Source of the DNA: Longimicrobiales bacterium
Lineage (GTDB): Bacteria; Gemmatimonadota; Gemmatimonadetes; Longimicrobiales; Gaopeijiaceae
DNA length: 64,000 nt
Reading direction: 5' to 3'
Assembly: GCA_965203485.1 (NCBI GenBank)
Contig: OZ241892.1
Location: forward strand, 896,001 to 960,000
Below, in pieces: positions 18,840 through 28,926 of the stretch (position 1 is its first letter; every line of letters begins with the position of its first letter). Both the position numbers and the translations under genes were made by a program. Below the pieces are notes generated by a model that did not search any database, was not told the origin of the DNA, and was given only the letters and a program-made list of their open reading frames with translations.

Positions 18840-20830
18840 TGGGCCGTCCGCGCACGCACACCGACCCGTACCACCGAGTGCGGTTGCGCAGGCGCTTCCT
18901 GCTGGCTTCGTGGCTGGTCGCGGCGGGCGGCCTCGTGGCCCGGGCCGCCGAAGTGCAGGTCGTGGAACGGGCCGCATGGACGGCGGGCGCGCTTGCCCAG
19001 CACCAGAAGAGCAAGACGGTTCCAGCGCCGCGGGGCCGCATCCTGGACAGGAACGGCAGCGAGCTGGCCGTGAGCCATTGGCGGGCCTCGGTGGCGGTGG
19101 CCTCCGCCGAGGTGCGGAGCCGCGGGGCCGTGCAGACGGCTCTGGTCGAACGCCTTGGCGTGCGCGCGCGGACGGCCCGCCTCGCCACCGACCCTGCGCG
19201 GTCCTGGCGCGTGCTTCCGGGACGCTATTCGTCCACGCAGGTCGCGGAACTGCGGGGAATCCCCGGCGTGCACGTGATGCCGGAGTTGCGACGACTGTAT
19301 CCGCGGGACGGACTAGCGCGCGGCATCCTCGGGGTCGTGCTCGACGGGAGCGGCAGCGGCGGGATCGAGCAGGCGATGGACTCGGTGCTGGCGGGGCGGG
19401 AGGGCCGCCAGATTGTCGCCCGCGACAACCGCGGCGGCGAAGTCCCGGGCCAGGTCGTGGAGTTGCGCCCGCCGGTCGCCGGCCGCGACGTGACGCTCAC
19501 GATCGACGTGGACGTTCAGGCCATCGCCGAAGAGATCCTCGCCACGGCGGTGGAAGAAAACGGGGCAAGGGGCGGGGACTTGGTCGTCACGGACCCGTCC
19601 ACTGGCGAGATCCTTGCCATGACGTCGATCGTCGAGGGCTCTCGGGCCGGCCTCTCCGCGGTCAACGCGACCTACGAGCCCGGATCGACCGTCAAGCCGT
19701 TCACGTCGGCGGCGCTGCTCCAGCACGGCGTCGCCGCGCTCGACGACTCCGTGGACACGGGCGACGGGACGTGGGACGTCCGGGGCCGCCGGATCACGGA
19801 CATCGACGGCGGCGGGTGGCTCACGCTCCACGAAGTGATCCGCCGGTCCTCGAACACGGGCATCGCCAAGTTCGCGTCGCGGCTCACGTCGGCCCAGCAC
19901 TACACGACGTTCCGAGACTTCGGCTTCGGCACCCGCAGCGGCATCCGGTTGCCCGGCGAGGCATCCGGCGTGCTGCGGAGGCCCGAGAACTGGTCCGGCC
20001 AGTCCGCCCATTCGCTCTCTTTCGGATACGAGCTCGCGGTCACTCCGCTGCAGATGGCGATGGCGTTCGGAGCGCTCGCCAACGGCGGCGTGCTGATGGA
20101 ACCGCGGATCGTCGCTCGGGTGCAGAGTCCGGACGGGCAGGACATGCGCTTCGCGCGCCCGCGCGGCATCCGCCGAGCCGTGCCCCGCTGGGTCGCCGAG
20201 CAGCTGACGCCCGTGCTGGTGGACGTGGTCGAGAGCGGCACGGCGACGCGCGCCCGCATGTCCTCGTTCCTGGTGGCGGGCAAGAGCGGCACGACGCGGG
20301 CGATGGGGCCGGACGGCCGATACGAGCCCGGCGCCTACTACGCGTCCTTCGGAGCCTACTTTCCGGCCGACGATCCGCAGTTGCTGTTCTTCGTCAAGCT
20401 GGACCGCCCGCGCGGCGGCTACTACGGCGGCGAGACCGCTGCGCCGGTGACGCGCGCCATGTTGCGGAGCCTGCTTTCGGCGCGCCAAGTCCCCTTGGAC
20501 CGGCGAGCGCTCGCCCTCGCCCAGCGGGAACGCGGACCTGCGCCGCCTTCCACGCCGCTCGTGCGCTTTGCCTCGGCGGGCGCCGCACCGGGCGGGACGG
20601 CCGACCGCGCCCTTTCCCAGCCGGCGCCGGCGGGCGCGCGCGCCGGCGGGGGCGCGATGGCGGTGCCGAGGCTCGGCGGCGCGCCCGTGCGGGTGGCGTT
20701 GCGGCAACTGCACAAGATGGGACTGCGGGTGCGGCTCGAGGGACGCGGGCCGGTCGCGCGGACGATCCCGCAGCCGGGGACGGCCGTGCTGCCGGGCGAC
20801 ACGGTCCGCGTCTTGGGAACGGCGAAGTGA
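18839..20830 (+). CDS. ftsI: Peptidoglycan transpeptidase PBP3/FtsI with C-terminal PASTA-like domain
   Basis: RGRILDRNG, RLYP, GIE, SxxK (GSTVK), SxN (SSN), KSG. Confidence 0.93.
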   Translation: MGRPRTHTDPYHRVRLRRRFLLASWLVAAGGLVARAAEVQVVERAAWTAGALAQHQKSKTVPAPRGRILDRNGSELAVSHWRASVAVASAEVRSRGAVQTALVERLGVRARTARLATDPARSWRVLPGRYSSTQVAELRGIPGVHVMPELRRLYPRDGLARGILGVVLDGSGSGGIEQAMDSVLAGREGRQIVARDNRGGEVPGQVVELRPPVAGRDVTLTIDVDVQAIAEEILATAVEENGARGGDLVVTDPSTGEILAMTSIVEGSRAGLSAVNATYEPGSTVKPFTSAALLQHGVAALDDSVDTGDGTWDVRGRRITDIDGGGWLTLHEVIRRSSNTGIAKFASRLTSAQHYTTFRDFGFGTRSGIRLPGEASGVLRRPENWSGQSAHSLSFGYELAVTPLQMAMAFGALANGGVLMEPRIVARVQSPDGQDMRFARPRGIRRAVPRWVAEQLTPVLVDVVESGTATRARMSSFLVAGKSGTTRAMGPDGRYEPGAYYASFGAYFPADDPQLLFFVKLDRPRGGYYGGETAAPVTRAMLRSLLSARQVPLDRRALALAQRERGPAPPSTPLVRFASAGAAPGGTADRALSQPAPAGARAGGGAMAVPRLGGAPVRVALRQLHKMGLRVRLEGRGPVARTIPQPGTAVLPGDTVRVLGTAK

Positions 20831-22446
20831 GGGCGCGGTCGGCCGAGGTCGCGCCGGCGCCGGGCGGGGCGCCGCCGGGCTCGGTGGGGGCGTGCGGCGA
20901 GGCGAACGCGCGGCTGGCCGAGGTCGTGGCGGCGGTCGAGGCCGGGGGCGTGACGGTGGAGGTCGTCTCCGGCGGCGGCCTGGGGGGCATCGATCTGGCG
21001 GGGGTGGAGCACGACTCGCGCCGGGTGCGGCCCGGCGATCTCTTCGTGGCGTGGGCCGGCGCCCAGGCCGACGGGCACGATCACGTTCGGGCGGCCGTGG
21101 ACGCCGGGGCCGTGGCGGCGGTCGTCGAGCGGCCCGTGGCGGACGTTGCGGCGCTTCAGCTGCGCGTCGGCAACGCGCGCCGGGCCGCCGCGCTCTCGGC
21201 GGCGTTCGTGGCGGGGTCGCCGTGGCGCCGAACGACGATGGTGGGCGTGACGGGCACCAACGGAAAGACCACGACGGCGTTGTTGATCCGAAGCCTGCTG
21301 GGCCGCGCGGCCCCCGCTGCCGCCGTCGGCACGCTAGGCACGACGGGCCCCGACGGCCGGATCGTGCCCGGCGCCGACGGCCTCACTACGCCGGGACCTG
21401 CCGACTTGGCCCGCCGCCTGTCGGCGCTGGAGGCCGAGGGCGTCCGGTCGGTCGTCGTCGAGGCTTCGTCGTTCGGGCTGGACCAGCACCGACTGGACGG
21501 GTTGCGGTTCGACGCCGCGGTCTTCACGAACCTCACGCGCGACCACCTGGACTACCACGGGACCCGCGAGCGCTACTTGGCCGCCAAGGCGCGCCTGCTC
21601 GAGCTGGGCAAGGACGGCGCCGTCGCCGTGGTGAACGCGGACGACGAGGCTTGGCGCAGCCTCGCGCCGCCGGGCCGAGCGCTGTCCTACGGGTTGCGGC
21701 CCGGCGCCGACGCGCGGGCACGCGACGTGCGCACTTCGTTGCGGCAGTGCGCCTTCCGGCTCGAATGGAACGGACGGTCGGCGCCCGTGGAGCTTGGTCT
21801 GCCGGGCCGGTTCAACGTGTACAACGCCTTGGCCGCGGCCGCTTGCGCGCTGGGATTGGGGCGGTCGCTGCCGGACGTGGCCGCGGGGCTGGCGGAGTGC
21901 CGGCCCGTGCCCGGGCGTCTGGAACGGATCGCCGGCGGTCCGGTCGACGTGTTTCGCGACTTCGCCCATACGCCCGACGCGCTGGAGCAGGTGCTGGGAA
22001 CCGTTCGCCCGCTCGTGGAGGGCCGGCTGCTTGTCGTGTTCGGCGCCGGCGGCGAGCGGGACGTGGAGAAGCGTCCCCGGATGGGCGCCGCGGTGTCCCG
22101 CTACGCCGATGTTGCGGTCGTGACCTCCGACAACCCGCGCCGGGAGGACCCGGCCGCGATCGCGCGCCAAGTGGCGGCGGGCGTCGCGGGGGCCGAACTG
22201 GTCGAGCTGCTGGACCGGCGCGAGGCGATCGAGTGGGCCCTGGGGACCGCGCGGCCGGGCGATGTGGTGCTGTTGGCGGGAAAGGGCCACGAGCGCGTTC
22301 AAATCGTAGGCGCGGAGCGTTTGCCGTTCGACGAGAGGCGAATAGTGGCGGAGGCGCTGGCCGGGGCGCCGGGGACCGCGCAAGAGAATCGGGGCCTGGA
22401 AGACGGGCGAGCGGACGGCGCCCGGCCGGGGGCAGGCGGGTCGTGA
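20827..22446 (+). CDS. murE: UDP-MurNAc-tripeptide synthetase MurE (DAP-type motif)
   Basis: GVTGTNGKTT, FTNLTRDHLDYH, DFAHTPDAL, TSDNPR, LAGKGHE. Confidence 0.95.
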   Translation: MRARSAEVAPAPGGAPPGSVGACGEANARLAEVVAAVEAGGVTVEVVSGGGLGGIDLAGVEHDSRRVRPGDLFVAWAGAQADGHDHVRAAVDAGAVAAVVERPVADVAALQLRVGNARRAAALSAAFVAGSPWRRTTMVGVTGTNGKTTTALLIRSLLGRAAPAAAVGTLGTTGPDGRIVPGADGLTTPGPADLARRLSALEAEGVRSVVVEASSFGLDQHRLDGLRFDAAVFTNLTRDHLDYHGTRERYLAAKARLLELGKDGAVAVVNADDEAWRSLAPPGRALSYGLRPGADARARDVRTSLRQCAFRLEWNGRSAPVELGLPGRFNVYNALAAAACALGLGRSLPDVAAGLAECRPVPGRLERIAGGPVDVFRDFAHTPDALEQVLGTVRPLVEGRLLVVFGAGGERDVEKRPRMGAAVSRYADVAVVTSDNPRREDPAAIARQVAAGVAGAELVELLDRREAIEWALGTARPGDVVLLAGKGHERVQIVGAERLPFDERRIVAEALAGAPGTAQENRGLEDGRADGARPGAGGS

Positions 22447-23819
22447 GGGCCTCCGGACGCTGGAGCGACTTCGCCGTTCGCCAGGCGCTGGGGGTGCCCG
22501 GCGGCGGCGAGGGCGAGCGCTTCGGGGGCATCTGCACGGATTCGCGCTCGGCCGAGCCCGGCGACGTGTTCGTGGCACTCAGGGGCGAGCGGTTCGACGG
22601 GCACGCGTTCGTGCCCGCCGCAACGGCCAAGGGTTGCCGGGCCGTGGTCGTCGAGGACGGTTGGGCGGGCGCCGAAGCGGGGGTTGCGCGCGTCTACCGC
22701 GTCCCGGACACGCTCGCGGCCCTGGGCGGTCTCGCGCTCAGCCGCCGCCGCCGGCTGGACGTCCCCGTCGTCGGAATCACGGGCTCGGCGGGCAAGACTA
22801 CCGTCAAGGACATGACGATGGGCGCGCTGGCCGGGCTGCCCGGAGCGCACGGCACGCCGGCCAACCACAACAACCGCGTCGGCGTTCCCTTCACGATCCT
22901 GTCCGCGCCGGACGACGCGACGGCGCTCGTGCTCGAGATGGGCACCAGCGAGCCGGGCGAGATCGCCGAGCTCGCGCGCATCGCCAAGCCGACCGTCGGC
23001 GTCGTCACCACGGTCTCGGAAGCGCACATGGAACGCTTGGGAGACCTGCCGGGCGTCCTCGCCGAGAAGCTCGACTTGGTGCGGGCGGTCGGCGGCCGGG
23101 GGACCGCGCTGGTCGGCGACGAGCCCCCGCGCCTGGCCGAAGAGGCCCGCAAGATCGATGCTGGCGTGGGCGTCTGCGGATGGTCGCCGCGCGCCCGGGC
23201 GGCCCGGCCCGCGAACCCCCGCCTGCGTCCCGACGGCACCTATTCGTTCGACTGGGAAAGGCGCCGCGTGTCGCTCCGGGTGCCGGGTCGCCACGCCGTC
23301 GCCAACGCGGCGCTCGCGTTGGCCGCGGCCCGGGCGCTGGGCGCCCCTCCCGCCGAGGCGGCCGCCGGCGTGTCCGGCGTCGGCCCTGGCGCACTGCGGG
23401 GCGAAGTGCGCCGGACCGGCGGCCTCACGGTCCTCGTGGACTGCTACAACGCCAACGCGGCCAGCGTGGCGGCCGCCGTGGAGACGCTGGCAGGCCTCGA
23501 TGTGCCCGGCCGGCGCGTGGCCGTCCTGGGCACGATGCTGGAGCTCGGCGCCCACTCGGATGCGGTCCACCTTCGCACGTTGCGCCACGTCCTCGCGGAC
23601 AAGATCGACCGCTACGTGCTGGTGGGCGCGTTCGCCGCGGCCGGCCGGCAAGTCAGCGACGACCGCCTCTGCCTCGTGGACCGCTTCGACTCCCTCCGCG
23701 AGCGCCTGCCGCAGATGCTGGGGCCGGGCGACGGCGTGCTGCTCAAGGCGTCCAGGGGTTGCCGCTTCGAGCGGGCCATTCCCGTGCTTGAATCCGCCTT
23801 CGGAACCACGGAGGCCTGA
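22443..23819 (+). CDS. murF: UDP-MurNAc-pentapeptide synthetase MurF
   Basis: TDSR, GERFDGH, GITGSAGKTTVK, LEMG, DCYNAN, GTMLELG, LKASRG. Confidence 0.95.
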   Translation: MRASGRWSDFAVRQALGVPGGGEGERFGGICTDSRSAEPGDVFVALRGERFDGHAFVPAATAKGCRAVVVEDGWAGAEAGVARVYRVPDTLAALGGLALSRRRRLDVPVVGITGSAGKTTVKDMTMGALAGLPGAHGTPANHNNRVGVPFTILSAPDDATALVLEMGTSEPGEIAELARIAKPTVGVVTTVSEAHMERLGDLPGVLAEKLDLVRAVGGRGTALVGDEPPRLAEEARKIDAGVGVCGWSPRARAARPANPRLRPDGTYSFDWERRRVSLRVPGRHAVANAALALAAARALGAPPAEAAAGVSGVGPGALRGEVRRTGGLTVLVDCYNANAASVAAAVETLAGLDVPGRRVAVLGTMLELGAHSDAVHLRTLRHVLADKIDRYVLVGAFAAAGRQVSDDRLCLVDRFDSLRERLPQMLGPGDGVLLKASRGCRFERAIPVLESAFGTTEA

Positions 23820-24979
23820 TGCTCTACCATCTCTTCCCCGGGCTGGCCGACGTCCACATCGCCTTCAACCTCTTCAGCTACCTGACGTTCCGGTCCGCGG
23901 GCGCGCTGGTGACGGCCCTGCTGGCGGCGCTCCTCTTCGGTCCACGCTTCATCTCGGCGCTCAAGGCCCGCGGCGTGGTGGACGTGCCGCGAGCGAACCT
24001 GCCGCCCGCGAACGGCCCCGAGCCCAAGGCGAACATGGGGGGCGTTCTGATCGTGGGCGCCGTGACCGGCGCGACCGTGCTCTGGGCCGAGCTGGCGAAT
24101 CCCTACACGCTCGTCGCGCTGTCCGCGATCCTCGCCATGGCCGGGCTGGGCTTCCTCGACGACTACCTCAAGATCGTGCGCGGCGCGCGCGGCGGCCTCG
24201 TCGAGCGCTCCAAGTGGATCGGCTCGCTGGCGTTCGGCGCCGTCTTCGCGGCCGCCGTCCTCTACTGGACGCCCTCCGGCGCTTCGGTCGCGAACGCCGG
24301 CTCGCTGGCGTGGTGGACGACCGTCCCCCAGGAATCCTTCGGAGCCACCACCGTCAACCTGCCGTTCTTCGACGAGTGGGCGCTCGCCTTTCCGCCTGCG
24401 CTCTTCGTCCTCTGGGTCGCCGGCGTGCTCGTGGGCACCACCCACGCCGTCAATCTCTCGGACGGCTTGGACGGGCTCGCGCCCGGCCTCGTCGCCATCG
24501 CTTCCGGAGCGTTCGCGGTGTTCGCGTACGTGATCGGGCGCGTCGACACGTCGGCCTACCTCGGACTCTTCTACCTGCCGGGCGCCGGCGAGCTGGCCGT
24601 CTTCGCGGCGGCGATCACGGGCGCCACGCTGGGCTTTCTGTGGCACAACGCGCCCCCTGCCCGGGTCATCATGGGCGACACGGGCGCGCTCGGGCTGGGC
24701 GGGGCGCTCGGGGCGACCGCCATTCTGCTGAGAGCCGAGATCCTGCTGGCTTTCGTCGGCGGCGTCTTCGTGCTGGAAGCGGGCTCCTCCCTGGTCCAAA
24801 AACAGTACTTCAAGTACTCGCGACGCCGCTTCGGCGAAGGGCGCCGCGCATTCCTCATGGCTCCCCTCCATCACCACTTCCAGAAGAAGGGATGGGGGAA
24901 CGAGCAGATCGTCATTCGGTTCTGGATACTCGGCGTCCTTTGCGCAATGGCCGGCTTCGCCTCGCTGAAGCTGCGGTAG
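23819..24979 (+). CDS. mraY: Phospho-N-acetylmuramoyl-pentapeptide transferase MraY
   Basis: GFLDDYLK, AVNLSDGLDGL, MGDTG, MAPLHHHF; multiple TM helices. Confidence 0.95.
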   Translation: MLYHLFPGLADVHIAFNLFSYLTFRSAGALVTALLAALLFGPRFISALKARGVVDVPRANLPPANGPEPKANMGGVLIVGAVTGATVLWAELANPYTLVALSAILAMAGLGFLDDYLKIVRGARGGLVERSKWIGSLAFGAVFAAAVLYWTPSGASVANAGSLAWWTTVPQESFGATTVNLPFFDEWALAFPPALFVLWVAGVLVGTTHAVNLSDGLDGLAPGLVAIASGAFAVFAYVIGRVDTSAYLGLFYLPGAGELAVFAAAITGATLGFLWHNAPPARVIMGDTGALGLGGALGATAILLRAEILLAFVGGVFVLEAGSSLVQKQYFKYSRRRFGEGRRAFLMAPLHHHFQKKGWGNEQIVIRFWILGVLCAMAGFASLKLR

Positions 24980-25022
24980 CGCGATGCGCCGCCCCAGGCG
25001 GACGGGACGAGAGGAGCGGGAA

Positions 25023-26510
25023 GTGAAGGAGAAGGAACGAAGAGTGGCTGTGATCGGCCTGGGCGCGAGCGGAGAGGCCGCCGCGCGCCTGGCCCTGGCA
25101 AAAGGAGCGGAAGTTCATGTCAGCGATGCGAGCGACGACCCTGCAGTTGCAGCTCGTGCAGCCGGATTGCGGGAGCTGGGCGCCGACGTCCGGCTGGGCG
25201 GACACCCTTTGGCGCCCCTGGCCTCGGCGGACACCGTCGTCGCCAGTCCGGGAATCCCCCCCACCGCTCCGGTGTTCGCCGCCCTTCGCGCGCGGGGCGT
25301 CGGTTGGATATCGGAGCCTGAGTTCGCCAGCCGGTTCTTGCCGGGTCCACTGATCGTCGTGACGGGCACGAACGGCAAGACGACCACGGCCGCCATGACG
25401 GCCCACCTCCTCGCCGAGGCGGGGTTGCGGACGGCCTTGGGCGGCAACGTGGGCGGCGGCTTGGCCCCGCCGGCCTCGGCGCTGGCGGAGATGGCTCCGC
25501 CTCCGGAACGGATCGTGCTCGAGCTGTCTTCGTACCAGTTGGCCGGCACGCGGCAAATGAAGGCGGCGGTGGGGGTGATGACCAACCTGGCCGCCGACCA
25601 CGTGGACCGCTACGGATCGGTGGCCGCCTACCACGCCGACAAGCGCCGCCTCTTCGATCTGGGCGGCGACGCGACGACCTGGGTGCTGAACGCCGACGAC
25701 CCCGCGGTGCTCGACATGGGCCGCGACGCGCCGGGGACCCGCCTGTTCTTCTCGCTGAAGCGGCCTGCGGCGCCGGGGGCCTGGATCTCCGGCCGCGACG
25801 TGGAGATGGACCTGAGCGCCGCGGGGTTGCCCGGCGAACGGCCGGAGAGGAGCGCCGCGCGGGTCGCGGGCGTCGAGGACGTCGGGCTGGTGGGCTCCCA
25901 CAACCGGGCCAACGCGCTCGCCGCCCTGCTGGCCGCCGCCGCCGCGGGAGCGGATCCGCTGGCCGCCGCCGCCGCGCTCGGGTCGTTCGCGCCTTTGCCG
26001 CACCGGCTCGAGCCCGTGGGCGTGGTGGACGGCGTGCGTTGGGTCAACGACTCGAAGGCGACCAACGTGGCCGCGGCGCGGAGTGCGCTGGAGGGCATCG
26101 AGGGGCCGGTTGTGCTGCTGCTCGGCGGCGAGGACAAGGGAGAGGACTTCGGCGGCCTCGCGCCGCACCTGGTGGGCAAGGCGCGCGCGGTGGTGACGTA
26201 CGGGGCGGCGGGGGGCCGGGCGGCGGCCGAGATCGCGCGGGCGTTGCGGCGCGGGGCGGGCGAACGGGCGGCGGGGGGCGGCGGGGGGCAGGCCGGCAAG
26301 GAGCGCGATGCCCAAGGCGGATGCCGCGGCGGCGTGCACGTCGAAGTGGCCCGGGGCGGCTTCGAGGACGCCGTGGCCTGCGGCCGGGCCGCCGCGACGG
26401 CGGGCGACGCCCTGCTGCTGTCGCCCGCATGCGCCAGCTTCGACATGTTCCCGGGCTACGAAGCCCGCGGGGAAGCGTTTCGCGCGCTTGCCGGGAGGGC
26501 GGGGCGTTGA
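25023..26510 (+). CDS. murD: UDP-MurNAc-L-Ala-D-Glu ligase MurD
   Basis: GLGASG, SPGIP, VTGTNGKTT, ELSSYQL, NDSKATN, SPACASFDMF; GTG 25023 after GAGGAG. Confidence 0.95.
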   Translation: MKEKERRVAVIGLGASGEAAARLALAKGAEVHVSDASDDPAVAARAAGLRELGADVRLGGHPLAPLASADTVVASPGIPPTAPVFAALRARGVGWISEPEFASRFLPGPLIVVTGTNGKTTTAAMTAHLLAEAGLRTALGGNVGGGLAPPASALAEMAPPPERIVLELSSYQLAGTRQMKAAVGVMTNLAADHVDRYGSVAAYHADKRRLFDLGGDATTWVLNADDPAVLDMGRDAPGTRLFFSLKRPAAPGAWISGRDVEMDLSAAGLPGERPERSAARVAGVEDVGLVGSHNRANALAALLAAAAAGADPLAAAAALGSFAPLPHRLEPVGVVDGVRWVNDSKATNVAAARSALEGIEGPVVLLLGGEDKGEDFGGLAPHLVGKARAVVTYGAAGGRAAAEIARALRRGAGERAAGGGGGQAGKERDAQGGCRGGVHVEVARGGFEDAVACGRAAATAGDALLLSPACASFDMFPGYEARGEAFRALAGRAGR

Positions 26511-27745
26511 GTCCCGTTTCTTGGTCGAGGAAGCGTCCGCCCCGCCGCGTCCGGGGCCCTTGGGCGATGGACGTCGCACCGGGGCGGGCCGGCCTCTCCT
26601 TGCCGGAGACGGGGCTGGGACGGGGCTGGGAGTCGGCGGCCATCTTGGTCATAACGATCCTGCTGCTGGCCTTCGGCCTGCTGACGCTGTACGGGGCCAC
26701 GTCCGCGATGGCGCAACGCAACGATCTGCTGCACTACCACTACGTGCTGCGCCAAGGCACGGGCGTTGCGCTCGGCCTCGCGGCGATGCTCGTCTGCGCG
26801 CGCGTGCCGACGCAGTGGTGGAGCGTGCTGGCCGCGCCGATGATGATCGGATCGGCGGCCCTCCTGGTCGTGCTGGTCCTTCCGTTCACCGAGGGGATCG
26901 CGCCGGTGATCAACGGAGCGCGGCGCTGGTTGCGCGTGGGCGTCACGATCCAGCCTTCCGACTTGGCGAAGCTGGCCTTGGTCGTCTGGACCGCGTCGCT
27001 GGCCGTGCGAAAGCAGCTCCACTTCCGCGGCCTGCGCCGTGGACTGGCGCCGTTCCTGGCCGGATGGGCCTGCATCCTCGTGCCGGTGGCCCTGGAGCCC
27101 GACTTCTCCACCGCATGCGTCATCGCCGCGGCCGGTCTCATGGTGCTCTTCGTGGCCGGCACGCGCATCGGCCACTTCTTCTTCTTGGCCGTGCTGGCGC
27201 TGCCGTTCGCCGGCCCCCTGTTCACCGGAGGGTATCGCGAGACGCGGTGGCAGACTCTCCTTCTCGATCCCGGCGTTGCGCCGCAGGGCTCGGCCTTTCA
27301 GAGCTACCAGAGCCTCATAGCGATGGGCTCGGGCGGCGTGGCCGGCGTCGGCTTCGGCAAGGGCCACCAGAAGTACGGATTCCTGCCGGAGGCGCACAAC
27401 GACTTCATCTTCGCCATGATCGGCGAAGAATGGGGCTTCGTGGGCAGCGTGGCGGTCATCCTCGCTTTCGTGGCCTTCATCTTCATCGGCTTTCGCGTGG
27501 CGCGGTCGGCGCGAGACCTCTTCAGCGAGCTGCTCGCGGTGGGCATCAGCTCGCTGATCGGCCTGCAAGCCTTCGTCCACGTCGGCGTGGCGCTGGGCGC
27601 GTTGCCGTCGACGGGCCTGTCGCTGCCGTTCATCTCGTTCGGGCGAACCAACGTCATCGTGGCGCTGGCCGCGGTCGGCATCCTGCTGGCCGTCGCGCGC
27701 GAAGCTCCCGAAGGCCGCCGGCCGCTTGCGCCGAGGCCCGCATGA
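26507..27745 (+). CDS. ftsW: SEDS peptidoglycan polymerase FtsW
   Basis: NGARRWL, IQPSDLAK, EPDF, G-x-G-x-QK-YGFLPEAHNDFIF, GEEWG, LPFISFG; start 26507 (TTG) or 26567. Confidence 0.93.
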   Translation: MSPVSWSRKRPPRRVRGPWAMDVAPGRAGLSLPETGLGRGWESAAILVITILLLAFGLLTLYGATSAMAQRNDLLHYHYVLRQGTGVALGLAAMLVCARVPTQWWSVLAAPMMIGSAALLVVLVLPFTEGIAPVINGARRWLRVGVTIQPSDLAKLALVVWTASLAVRKQLHFRGLRRGLAPFLAGWACILVPVALEPDFSTACVIAAAGLMVLFVAGTRIGHFFFLAVLALPFAGPLFTGGYRETRWQTLLLDPGVAPQGSAFQSYQSLIAMGSGGVAGVGFGKGHQKYGFLPEAHNDFIFAMIGEEWGFVGSVAVILAFVAFIFIGFRVARSARDLFSELLAVGISSLIGLQAFVHVGVALGALPSTGLSLPFISFGRTNVIVALAAVGILLAVAREAPEGRRPLAPRPA

Positions 27746-28926
27746 CGGTGGTCGCGTTCGCAGGCGGCAAGACCGCGGGACACTTCCACCCGGCCCGCAA
27801 CATCGCCGAGGCGCTGGTCCGGCTGGGCCCTCCCGGCGGCGCGGCCCCGTTCTCGCCGTTCTTCATCGGTTCCGAGGGTGGCGTCGAGGCTCGCGAGCTG
27901 CCGCGCCTGGGGTACGATCACGTCCTCTTCCCGCTGCAGGGCTTGACGCGCCCGTCGCCGCGGCGCGCCCTGGCGGGAAGCGGTCGGGCCGTCTGGCTTC
28001 TGTGCCGGGCGGTTGCGCGCCTGCTCGGCGAGCTTCGGCGTCGCGAGGCGGCGGCGGTCGTGCTCACGGGCGGGTACGCGGCGGCCCCGGCGGGCGTCGC
28101 GGCCGTTCTCCTGCGCCTGCCGATCGTGTTGCAGGAGCAGAACGTCCACGCCGGGAAGACAACGCGGCTCCTGGCCCGGTGGGCGGCCCAGATACACGTC
28201 GCCCACCCGGAGGCGGCGGCGTCGCTTCCGCGAAGCGCGAGGCGAAGGGCGCGCAACACCGGGAATCCGATTCGGCCTTTGCCGCCGTCCGAGAATCGCG
28301 ATGCGGCGGCGGCCCGCGTTGCCCTGGGTTTGCCGGCGGAAGGACAGGTTGTGCTGGTGGTAGGCGGCAGCCAAGGAGCCCGGGCCGTCAACCGCGCCGC
28401 CGCCGAAGCGTTGCCGGACGCCCTGCCCGATGGTTGTTCCGTGCTCTGGATAGCGGGCCGGGCGCACGTTGACTGGGTGCGCGCCGCGGTGACCGGGCGG
28501 CCCGGCCCCCGCGAGCGAGTCCGTGTGCATGCGTACCTTCGGCCCGAGACGATGTACTTGGCGCTCTCCGCGGCGGACTTGGCCGTGTCGCGCGCGGGCG
28601 CCATGGCCACGTCGGAGTTCCTGGCCTGGGGCCTTCCGGCGATCCTCGTGCCGTTGCCCACGGCCGCGGCCGATCACCAGAGCCGCAACGCCGTCGCGCT
28701 CGAGCGGGCCGGAGCGGCCGTCGTGGTGCCGGAGCGCGACGCGTCGGGAGGGGTCCTCACCGGCGAACGCCTGTGGGGCAAGGCCGAGCAACTGCTCGCG
28801 GCGCCCGCGCGGCTCGCGCGAATGTCTCGGGCGGCGGTGCAGCGCGCCCGCCCGTCGGCCGCCGCCGACACCGCCCGTGCCGTGGCCGCCCTGGTTGCGC
28901 CGGCGCCGCGCGGAGGCGCCGCATGA
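27742..28926 (+). CDS. murG: Lipid II GlcNAc transferase MurG
   Basis: AGGKTAGH, TGGY, QEQN, TGNPIR, GGSQGA, SRAGA, DHQSRNA. Confidence 0.93.
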   Translation: MTVVAFAGGKTAGHFHPARNIAEALVRLGPPGGAAPFSPFFIGSEGGVEARELPRLGYDHVLFPLQGLTRPSPRRALAGSGRAVWLLCRAVARLLGELRRREAAAVVLTGGYAAAPAGVAAVLLRLPIVLQEQNVHAGKTTRLLARWAAQIHVAHPEAAASLPRSARRRARNTGNPIRPLPPSENRDAAAARVALGLPAEGQVVLVVGGSQGARAVNRAAAEALPDALPDGCSVLWIAGRAHVDWVRAAVTGRPGPRERVRVHAYLRPETMYLALSAADLAVSRAGAMATSEFLAWGLPAILVPLPTAAADHQSRNAVALERAGAAVVVPERDASGGVLTGERLWGKAEQLLAAPARLARMSRAAVQRARPSAAADTARAVAALVAPAPRGGAA